From Bacteroidota bacterium (GTDB lineage Bacteria; Bacteroidota; Bacteroidia; Bacteroidales; JAAUTT01): a stretch of 64,000 nucleotides of DNA. Below the pieces are notes generated by a model. The model had not been told where the DNA came from. It did no database searches and saw nothing but the letters and a program-made list of their open reading frames with translations. Both the position numbers and the translations under genes were made by a program. Below are positions 41,101 through 48,234 of this stretch, piece by piece. Within the stretch, counting starts at the first letter, position 1; each line of letters opens with the position of its first letter. The stretch is from positions 246,765-310,764 of the forward strand of contig JAUZOO010000004.1 in assembly GCA_030706405.1 (NCBI GenBank), written 5' to 3'.

Positions 41101-42252
41101 TCCTCCCCGCTCGGTGCCAACCCATATATCTCCTTTTGGGTCAATCCAGAATGCATAAACTTCGTTATCATTAAGGTAGCGTCCCTGTTCCGGGAGAGCC
41201 CGATAATGCTTAAAAAACTGGGCTTCGCGGGTGTAGTGTGATATTCCCCCTCTTGTTCCAAGCCAAATATCACCTTTGACATCCTGATAAATATCGAGAA
41301 TTGAATTGTGCCCAAGACTATTTAATTCCCTGTCATCATGAAAGATGCTATTAATAGAATTCCGGTTTTTATTAAAAACATATAGTCCACCACGTGAACC
41401 AATCCAGTACAGACCCTGCCTGTCGCGAAAAACAGTACGAATTGTTGAGCAGCGTTCATTGGTGGCATCGACAACAAAATTCGAAGCCTGCATGGTTAAA
41501 GGGTCGACAATTATTAACCCGGAATTATATGTCCCAATCCAAAGTTTCCCATCAGTATCTTCAAAGATATCGTGAATTTCATCGGTTTGTCGGTTGTTCA
41601 ATGGCAACGACACATGCTGTACCCGATTGGTTTTACAATTCAACAGGTCTAGTCCGGCATTTGTTCCTATCCAGAGGTTTCCTCTTTTGTCAAAATGTAA
41701 AACGTGCACATAGTTATAAATAGACGCCGCTGCCCCGGGATTTAATGTAATTTGTCTGATTTCTTTTCCTGAGGTTGGATCAAAAACCTGCACGCCTTTA
41801 TCACAACCAATCCACAGTAGTCCTTTTTTATCTTCAGCAATAGAATTAACGGAGTATCCATAGGCCTTTTTCGTGCCCCAACGGACATAATAATGTTCGA
41901 ACGTTTCCTTTTGTCGGTTAAAGCGGTTAAGTCCGCCATTCTCCATACCCACCCACAAGTTCTTTTTCGAATCCTCAAAAATAACCCGAACCAGTTGTCC
42001 CAAAAGGCTGGAGCGATAATCCGGATCATTTTTAAAAACGGTAAACTTGTAACCATCAAACCTGTCGAGCCCCTGACTGGTACCAAACCAGAGCCATCCT
42101 TTCGAATCCTGAAATACACAATGGACAATATTATTGGATAGCCCGTTTTCCTGCGTAAAATTTTCGAAACTGGGACTAAATTGCTGTGCCCGTGCCCCTA
42201 CTATTTTCAGGATACTTATCAGCAGGATAATACACACACTCCTTCGGGTCAT
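38194..42252 (-). CDS. Hybrid two-component system sensor/regulator (HTCS): beta-propeller repeats, Y_Y_Y, TM, HisKA, HATPase, REC and AraC HTH
   Basis: 1352 aa. Has many LW(I/F)GT propeller repeats, the H-box FFTNISHEIRTPLT, an ATPase G-boxes region (DTGLGI..GTGIGL), a receiver (ILLIVEDN...IISDVLMP) and a C-terminal AraC-type HTH. Confidence 0.92.
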   Translation of the reverse strand: MTRRSVCIILLISILKIVGARAQQFSPSFENFTQENGLSNNIVHCVFQDSKGWLWFGTSQGLDRFDGYKFTVFKNDPDYRSSLLGQLVRVIFEDSKKNLWVGMENGGLNRFNRQKETFEHYYVRWGTKKAYGYSVNSIAEDKKGLLWIGCDKGVQVFDPTSGKEIRQITLNPGAAASIYNYVHVLHFDKRGNLWIGTNAGLDLLNCKTNRVQHVSLPLNNRQTDEIHDIFEDTDGKLWIGTYNSGLIIVDPLTMQASNFVVDATNERCSTIRTVFRDRQGLYWIGSRGGLYVFNKNRNSINSIFHDDRELNSLGHNSILDIYQDVKGDIWLGTRGGISHYTREAQFFKHYRALPEQGRYLNDNEVYAFWIDPKGDIWVGTERGGINIFDRKTGTFRYLMHSDTNPNSISKNCIKAFMDDGTGNLWIGTFMGGIDVMNLQTGRLTHFSHNSEKASSLIDNRIWTLFRDSKGQIWTGTFKGLELFNPKTKNFIHYNHISGNQPIFWINEDRQHNLWIGGEADMVVYEPLSGKVKHFQERTRAFCQDSKGRIWIATIDKGLALYNKDKGSLKYYSEKDGIANNQVLCIQQDDDRMLWLSTANGLTRFNPETGACRLFDRLDGLQNNQFTYGSSLKTPNGEMLFGGISGFNIFSPREIKDNPYIPPLVFTGFRVFNQPVPVLDSRSAILKECISEAKTVKLLYDQNVITIEFASLNFTQPGKNRYKYRLRGFEEQWNDVGTQHSATYTNLNPGSYVFCLKASNNDNVWNEKGIELKINILPPFWLTWWFKLLVLMLLGAAVSVLVYLLVNKERLKHQLLFERLRTRKLHELDMMKFRFFTNISHEIRTPLTLIIGPLEKMLNQKLPENESRNMLEIMHRNTKQLLTLINQLLDYRKLEAGSLKLELKEGEIVSFVHDIALSFTSISAEKGIEFRVKLPESKIEVWFDADKLEKIINNLLTNAFKFTEKNGTVELCLDAVKDAQEETIEEGEAHTTVVELVVSDTGLGIPEKNIHKVFTRFFQGDNTQNQTGTGIGLALVKELVKLHNGYIYVSSEPGKGTKFTVRLPFETDAKVLPTSASYQDINEVATHAEDVEINTLDTDSRNILLIVEDNADVRYFIRSHFEIHYQVHEATDGKEGWQLALKLIPDIIISDVLMPVLNGKELCKKLKKDDRTSHIPVILLTALNSRNSEIEGLETGADDYITKPFDPVILETKVENLLSLRKSLREKYTSEMVLKPSNVTITSPDERFLQKVIDIIEKNIDDPDLDIERFAAAVGTSRMQLYRKISALTDMTVKEFIRNIRLKRAAQLLTQNVMTVSEVAYAVGFRDLSHFRKCFRQQYGMNASEYAGSRDRT

Positions 42253-42353
42253 GCTTAGTCAATTAGTTGTAGAATAGCAAAATGAGTTATAAATATAGCC
42301 CCTTATTGTTAAACAACGAAGAAAATCATTGATTTTAGTGCACTTCCCCCAAT

Positions 42354-42388
42354 AAAAAATCCGTTACACAAGGTTTGCAAAACGGATT
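42354..42388 (-). terminator. Terminator after lpxH
   Basis: Stem aatccgtt/aacggatt. On the minus strand it is followed by TTTTTTATT. Confidence 0.6.
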
Positions 42389-42428
42389 AGATATTTATTC
42401 GTCTATCTGTGTCAATAAAATTGTTGGG

Positions 42429-43253
42429 TTACATCCTCACGATGCCCAGAGAATCCCATTCGCTCTTATCCCGAAAAGACAGGAGTTCCATACTTTCACC
42501 ATCAAATACCGCATAAGTACGGGCCGAAATCCATTCGCCGGTATTAAATAACCGTGCATGCCCGTTCAGGTCAATGTCCATAGGTACATGCCGATGCCCA
42601 AAAACAAAATAATCTACATGTTTTTGGGTTAAATATTCTTTAGCAAACAAAATGTTAAATTCTTTGTCAATCCCGTGAAAGGTATCGGTTATACCCTTGG
42701 AATAACGGCTATGTTTTGACCATACATGGCCTAAAGCGTACGTTATGTTAGGATGAATCATCGAGAACCAGAACTGAAGAAATTTACTATGAAACATTCC
42801 TCTCAGGAACTTGTAACCGTTATCGCCCGGACCAATGCCATCGCCATGCCCTACAACAAACACTCGATCGTTAATCTGAATTTCGATAGGATTATAAAAA
42901 ACCTCTACACCGATTTCTTTGGGCAGATAATCGAACACCCATACATCGTGATTTCCTGTAAAAAAATATACAGGAATGCCGCTATCGGTAAGTTCGCATA
43001 GCTTACCTAAAAAGCGAACAAACCCACGTGCCGCAACCTTTTTATACTCATACCAATAATCAAAAATATCCCCACACAGGAAGAGCGCACCGGCATCTGC
43101 TTTTATCTGATCAAGCCATTGAACGATGATCTTTTCACGACGAGTACTTTTATCGTAAGGATAAAGTCCCAGGTGAAAATCGGAAGCAAAATAAGCCTTC
43201 TTAGTTTCCGGAAGGACTAGTCTGCGTACTGGTTGTATTATCTGCTTTGTCAA
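42429..43253 (-). CDS. lpxH: UDP-2,3-diacylglucosamine diphosphatase
   Basis: 274 aa. Calcineurin-like motifs are FASDFHLG, CGDIFDYW, TGNHDVW and FGHRHVP. The only plausible start is the TTG at 43253, which overlaps the upstream gene by 53 nt. Confidence 0.8.
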   Translation of the reverse strand: MTKQIIQPVRRLVLPETKKAYFASDFHLGLYPYDKSTRREKIIVQWLDQIKADAGALFLCGDIFDYWYEYKKVAARGFVRFLGKLCELTDSGIPVYFFTGNHDVWVFDYLPKEIGVEVFYNPIEIQINDRVFVVGHGDGIGPGDNGYKFLRGMFHSKFLQFWFSMIHPNITYALGHVWSKHSRYSKGITDTFHGIDKEFNILFAKEYLTQKHVDYFVFGHRHVPMDIDLNGHARLFNTGEWISARTYAVFDGESMELLSFRDKSEWDSLGIVRM

Positions 43254-44406
43254 ATATTTCAGCTAATTTGTTACTTAATTCTTCTCCTCGCAAATCCTTG
43301 GCAATAATCACTCCCTTATCATCAATAAGATAGGTTGCCGGCACTTTCTTAACCGTGTAATGCTTAAAAATTGGAGACTCCCATACTTTAAGGTCGCTTA
43401 CCTGTGTCCACCACAAACCGTCTTCGCGGATAGCGGTAATCCAGGCATCTTTTGATTTGTCGAGCGAAACCTGGTAAATTTCAAACCCTTTATAATTGTA
43501 TTTCCGGTAGAGGGCTGGGAAGTTTGCATTTTCAGCACGCGAAGGTTTGTCCCACGAAGCCCAGAAATCGAGCAAAACATATTTTCCCTTGAAAGACGAC
43601 AGTCTTACCGTATCGCCGCGAAATGTCGGCAGGGCAATGTCCGGGGCTTTAGCTCCCATTTCCGAGAGCATACGTTCCATATCGCTTACCCGTTGTTGCT
43701 CAATCATCTCTTTCACATTGGCATGCAACGAGTTTACATAAGGTGCATTCGGGAATTTTTTATACATTATCGAATCGACACGAGAGAAGTATTTAAAATC
43801 CTCAACTTTGTAAAATATAAACGAATTTTTATTAACCTGCTGATAAAGAGCCATTAAACTAGCAAACGACGATGAATGTTTCTCAATAAAATCAATTGAA
43901 AACTTACGCTGGCCTTCCAAAATCTGTTCATAATTCATTGTAAGAACATTGCGAATATTGGCTATGTTTTTATTATTAAGAAACTGCTGATAGATATGAT
44001 TCAGAGAATCCACACTGGCCTGGGTTTTGGCAAGTTTCTGAGACAATTGTTGCGCAAATTTCGACTCGTCTGAACCATTAACCGAATAGGTATAAAACAA
44101 GCTGTCGGCACGGCCTGTGATTTTAATCCGGTCGCCGGGTTCGATAATCAATGTAATCGGGCGGTCATTACCTACCCAAAGTGTAAAAAACGATGTGTAT
44201 TGAATATCCCGTTTAAACTTGAACGACCCTGACTTATCGAGCATTACCGAGTCAATTTTGCCATCGTTCTTAACTGTTAATTCCTGAAAATAGACATATT
44301 CGGATTTAGCTTTCTCCAGTTTTCCTTTAACCACAATTTTCGGACCCGATTGTTTACACGAGTAAACCAGAACACTGAGTAATAAAATAGAAACAAACTT
44401 ATTCAT
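43201..44406 (-). CDS. TlpA/AhpC-TSA-like thioredoxin-fold lipoprotein (DUF4369-type N-terminus) lacking the CXXC motif
   Basis: Start taken at the ATG at 44406 (MNKFVSILLLSVLVYSCKQ, a lipobox). The C-terminal thioredoxin-fold region reads GKYVLLDFWASWDKPSRAE where WCxPC is expected. Confidence 0.75.
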   Translation of the reverse strand: MNKFVSILLLSVLVYSCKQSGPKIVVKGKLEKAKSEYVYFQELTVKNDGKIDSVMLDKSGSFKFKRDIQYTSFFTLWVGNDRPITLIIEPGDRIKITGRADSLFYTYSVNGSDESKFAQQLSQKLAKTQASVDSLNHIYQQFLNNKNIANIRNVLTMNYEQILEGQRKFSIDFIEKHSSSFASLMALYQQVNKNSFIFYKVEDFKYFSRVDSIMYKKFPNAPYVNSLHANVKEMIEQQRVSDMERMLSEMGAKAPDIALPTFRGDTVRLSSFKGKYVLLDFWASWDKPSRAENANFPALYRKYNYKGFEIYQVSLDKSKDAWITAIREDGLWWTQVSDLKVWESPIFKHYTVKKVPATYLIDDKGVIIAKDLRGEELSNKLAEIFDKADNTTSTQTSPSGN

Positions 44407-44768
44407 AAAATATTTAAAAAAGGTAGTGGCGAATATACGTAATTTTGATTTACAAACGGCATAGTGCATGTTTGTTGAAACCGTACAATAAAACCCAGGT
44501 ATAAATTCGTCACATAAAATCCGTTGTTTGTCAAATGTTCTCAACGTAGAAAAAAAATCCTTCTACATTTGAGCCACACAACAAAACTAGATTTTCAACC
44601 GACCCATTGCTAGACCCATATATATCGATTCATTAAGAATCATTACATTTTTAGATTTAAGTACAGGTTCACAAGTTGCTTCCCGAATACCGGGGGCAAC
44701 TTGCCGGGCCGAAAATGTTTTTCCATCCGTGTTTTACGCTCCCATTTCTATAACGATATAATAAAAAA

Positions 44769-44802
44769 AGTCATCTGTACTGACTATGCAGCACAGATGA
44801 CT
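44769..44802. terminator. Terminator after tatA (symmetrical A/T flanks)
   Basis: Stem agtcatctgt/acagatgact with a 14-nt loop, an A7 run upstream and a T5 run downstream. Confidence 0.75.
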
Positions 44803-44828
44803 TTTTGTGTATTTTAGGGAAGGAATTA

Positions 44829-45032
44829 TTATTTATTTTCAGAAACAGGCTTACTGGTATTGTCCGTTTTTTCGTCTTCTACTTTCGAAGCCTTTTTAAA
44901 TTCCTTGATACCTTCTCCCAAGCCTTTCATAAGTTCCGGAATTTTTTTGCCCCCGAATAACAGAACAAGCACTAAAATAATAAGAAGCCATTCGGTGCCT
45001 CCGGGCATGCTGAGTACAATAAAGTTAGTCAT
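44829..45032 (-). CDS. tatA: Twin-arginine translocase subunit TatA/E
   Basis: Has the motif [38 protein letters not shown]. An alternative and perhaps better start is the ATG at 45008 (MPGGTEW...). Confidence 0.85.
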   Translation of the reverse strand: MTNFIVLSMPGGTEWLLIILVLVLLFGGKKIPELMKGLGEGIKEFKKASKVEDEKTDNTSKPVSENK

Positions 45033-45121
45033 ACAATAATGTTTTATTGGTCACAAATATAGATAATTATTAATCGACAGTTATTAATTACGGAGGATAT
45101 TTTATCAATATACTCTGGCTT

Positions 45122-45871
45122 TTAAATTTTAAAATTTACCGATATTGTAGATTGTATAGAAACCGGCCGCCCTGCCCTTTTGGCTGGCCGCCACCGGGGC
45201 AATACACTGATTACTCTTACGGCCTCCCGGTCGAGTAAAGGAGTAACCCCGCTAAGAATCTTAACATCCTGAATATCTCCATTTTTGGTAATCATAAACT
45301 GAATAACCACGCTTCCCTGAAGCCTAGTACGGCGAGCAGCTTCCGGATAATGGGTGTTTTTACTGATAAACTGTTTCAATTCTCCGGCAACAAACATAGG
45401 CATTTCGTCTACATCCGAGAGGTAATAAGTACTGTCGGGGTTAGCCATGGGATCGTTTCCTTTGGGAGAAGTTCCTTTAGCCTTGGCATCGGCAACACTA
45501 TCTACAGGCAAAATAATTGGCTTTTCCTCAGGTTTAGGCTTTGGCTTTTCATCCTTGGTTGAATCGATAACAATATTCTCCGATTTGGGGGGAAGCATCT
45601 TTTTCATCGGAGGGAAAGTTGGCGGAGGTGGAATATTAAAATCTTTCAGGTCCGAAAGCTGAACTATTTCAGCCGTAACCGATTTATCCGAATCTCTGTT
45701 TAAAAACAGGTCGGCATTATAAACTACAAACATTACAATGATTGGGAGAAGAAAGCATACATATCCCAGTATTACCCCACGAACGAGGTATTTATGGGAA
45801 TACTTGCGGAGATCATATGCTCCGTATTCTTTATTCCGGTTTTCAAATAATATTTCATCAAAACCACGCAT
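45122..45871 (-). CDS. tonB: Energy transducer TonB
   Basis: 249 aa. Has an N-terminal TM anchor, a Pro/Lys-rich spacer (PPPPTFPPMKKMLPPK...KPKPKPEEKP) and a C-terminal TonB_C domain (YPEAARRTRLQGSVVIQFMI.KNG). Confidence 0.85.
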   Translation of the reverse strand: MRGFDEILFENRNKEYGAYDLRKYSHKYLVRGVILGYVCFLLPIIVMFVVYNADLFLNRDSDKSVTAEIVQLSDLKDFNIPPPPTFPPMKKMLPPKSENIVIDSTKDEKPKPKPEEKPIILPVDSVADAKAKGTSPKGNDPMANPDSTYYLSDVDEMPMFVAGELKQFISKNTHYPEAARRTRLQGSVVIQFMITKNGDIQDVKILSGVTPLLDREAVRVISVLPRWRPAKRAGRPVSIQSTISVNFKI

Positions 45872-46042
45872 GCAATTCCCTTTTCAATCTGAGCGGACGA
45901 ATTTAGCTAAAACATTGAGCCCTTATCTTTCTTTAACATTTTTTAAGGCAAAAGGTATACCAAAACTAGCGAATATTTCAAAATCAACCTCTCCTCTTTC
46001 AAAATTAAACAAATTCATAATCAACTATATAATACGGAAACC

Positions 46043-47401
46043 TCAGGAAGATTTCACCGAAACTTTAACTTCTTTTCGATTTAAGCGGGTTGCGGCGACA
46101 ATCATAATCAGCGACATAGCAGCCAGTACGCTGAAAGCCCCTTTAAAACCGGGAATTCCACCACCCAAACTGGCAGCAAGCGCACCTACCAAGGCAGCAC
46201 TAACCAATTGCCCGATACTCATAAAAATAGTCAAAACGCCCTGACCAGAAGCCCGGTCGTCGTCTGAAGTTTCGTGATTTACGATGTACCGCAACGGAGC
46301 TCCCAAAACGGCCGCAAGACCAGTGCCCAGAATCACTTCTGAAATATAAAAACCGGTCTTGGTATCTGCAACCTTCCAGATGCCAACCAATCCGAAAAAG
46401 ACCAGAACCGTGCCTAAAATAAGAATAATCCGTGCGCCAAACTTATCAAGCATCCGCCCAGCCACAGGAGCGCCAACGAACAACGCTGCAACGAGTGGAA
46501 TCAACGAGAAACTAGCGGCAGAATCGCTCAACCCGAATGCCGATCGGACATAACCGGGAATAAACATCACGCCTACTTCGCCAAGCCCAGCGCCAAACGA
46601 AATTAAATATGCAATAATCAATTGCCGGGAACGGAACAACCCGGTATTAATGGTTGGTGATCCGCTTTTTTTCTGCGACATGATAAACAAAGGCAGTAAA
46701 CCCAGCGACACAGTCAGCAACGGAAATACCCGCACCGACGATACAGAGGCAACAAAATTCTTCGTATCAATCATATTTATAGAGAATGAAAACAATCCGA
46801 GTATCACCAAAAGAAGTGACATTCCCAGCCAATCGAACTTTACGTTTTCTTCCATCTGCTTTGAAGGAACAATTGTTAACGCCCCAATAATCAAAGCAAC
46901 CGACATTGGCAGATTCAGAATAAAAATCCAGTGCCAGCTCAACATCAGCAATAATCCGCCAATAACCGGACCTACGATAAATGCCAGTCCAAAAACGGCA
47001 CCGATGAAGCCCAAAGCCCGGCCTTGCTTTTCTTTAGGAAATGTATCGCCGATAACGGCCGATGCTACAGGAAGAAAACCGCCCGCGCCAAGACCCTGAA
47101 TTCCCCTGCCCACTAAAACCTGATCGAACTGACCAGATAGCACGATAACCAACGACCCTAATGCAAATAAAAATACTGATGATATATAGATAATCCTCCG
47201 TCCGTACAAATCAGACAATTTCGAGAGCACCGGTGTTGAAAGAATATTCGTCAATACATATATATTAATGACCCAGGCGATTTGTCGCGGCGACACCGCA
47301 AAAGCTTTTTGAATAGCAGGCATTGCCGGCCCCAGAATGGCAATATCGAGTGCGCCCATAAGAACCCCGAAAAACAGAAGTACCAAAAGTCGTTTATTCA
47401 T
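46043..47401 (-). CDS. MFS transporter (drug:H+ antiporter-like)
   Basis: 452 aa and highly hydrophobic. Has an MFS motif-A-like sequence, LSKLSDLYGRRIIY. Confidence 0.8.
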   Translation of the reverse strand: MNKRLLVLLFFGVLMGALDIAILGPAMPAIQKAFAVSPRQIAWVINIYVLTNILSTPVLSKLSDLYGRRIIYISSVFLFALGSLVIVLSGQFDQVLVGRGIQGLGAGGFLPVASAVIGDTFPKEKQGRALGFIGAVFGLAFIVGPVIGGLLLMLSWHWIFILNLPMSVALIIGALTIVPSKQMEENVKFDWLGMSLLLVILGLFSFSINMIDTKNFVASVSSVRVFPLLTVSLGLLPLFIMSQKKSGSPTINTGLFRSRQLIIAYLISFGAGLGEVGVMFIPGYVRSAFGLSDSAASFSLIPLVAALFVGAPVAGRMLDKFGARIILILGTVLVFFGLVGIWKVADTKTGFYISEVILGTGLAAVLGAPLRYIVNHETSDDDRASGQGVLTIFMSIGQLVSAALVGALAASLGGGIPGFKGAFSVLAAMSLIMIVAATRLNRKEVKVSVKSS

Positions 47402-47560
47402 TGATGTGTATTATTTTTCAAGCAACAAATGTAATTGGAAAGTGTTTAGTAAACGAGTTTTCTATTTTTAAGATCGAAAATAAAACACTCATATGAAATT
47501 GAAATTACATTGACGAATGCTATTTACGAAACTAAAAAATAAGGAGCCGGATAAAATCCA

Positions 47561-47568
47561 TAAATTTG
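47561..47568 (+). promoter_or_regulatory. Candidate -7 box of the HMA-AraC regulator gene, embedded in an inverted repeat
   Basis: TAAATTTG matches TAnnTTTG. It lies inside GGATAAA-N13-TTTATCC (47549-47575), 17 nt before the ATG. No clear -33 TTG was seen. Confidence 0.3.
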
Positions 47569-47584
47569 TTTATCCTAAAAAACG

Positions 47585-48148
47585 ATGATGACGATTTACA
47601 TCAAAAATATGGTTTGTAACCGCTGTATCATGGTGGTACGGGACGAATTTGAGAAATTTGGCTACACGCCTGTAAACGTCCGGTTGGGTGAGGTAGAAAC
47701 GACTGCAGATATTTCTCCGGAAAAGATGCAGGAAATTAGCAAACGGCTGCAAACTCTGGGATTTGAAATTATCGACAACCAGCAAAGTCAAATCATCGAA
47801 AAGATAAAAACAGGGATTATTCAACTGGTGCATTACAGCAATGAGGTACCGAACATCAATCTTTCGGAATACATTTCCAATCAAGTACATAAAGACTACC
47901 ACTACCTAAGCAACCTGTTCTCCGAAATTGAAGGAACAACCATCGAAAAATACATCATCAACCAAAAAATTGAGCGCGTAAAGGAACTGCTCGTTTACGG
48001 AGAGCTTACCCTGAGCGAAATTGCCGATAAGCTGGGATACAGTAGTGTGGCTTATCTCTCCAACCAGTTTAAAAAAGTTACAGGCTTAACTCCGAGCCAC
48101 TTTAAACAAGTGAAGGATCAAAAGCGCACGCCCCTTGACGAGGTGTAA
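47585..48148 (+). CDS. AraC-family transcriptional regulator with an N-terminal HMA-like (MxCxxC) metal-binding domain
   Basis: 187 aa. The N-terminus IYIKNMVCNRCIMVVRDEFEKFGY...LQTLGFEI resembles a ferredoxin-like heavy-metal-associated fold. The C-terminus has an AraC HTH (LSEIADKLGYSSVAYLSNQFKKVTGLTPSHF). Confidence 0.75.
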   Translation: MMTIYIKNMVCNRCIMVVRDEFEKFGYTPVNVRLGEVETTADISPEKMQEISKRLQTLGFEIIDNQQSQIIEKIKTGIIQLVHYSNEVPNINLSEYISNQVHKDYHYLSNLFSEIEGTTIEKYIINQKIERVKELLVYGELTLSEIADKLGYSSVAYLSNQFKKVTGLTPSHFKQVKDQKRTPLDEV

Positions 48149-48209
48149 AACCAGTAAATCTTACAAACTAATCTAAAAATTACACAACAACGCGCTGCTC
48201 TATAAGCCT

Positions 48210-48217
48210 TACCTTTG
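48210..48217 (+). promoter_or_regulatory. Candidate -7 box for copA
   Basis: TACCTTTG matches TAnnTTTG, 17 nt upstream of the copA ATG. Confidence 0.4.
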
Positions 48218-48234
48218 AGGAAAAGATTTAAACA

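Noticed and set aside
45738-46244. 168-aa plus-strand ORF spanning the tonB start and the MFS gene end
   Set aside because: It is antisense to two well-supported genes. Its translation is Ser/Pro/Lys-rich and low-complexity.
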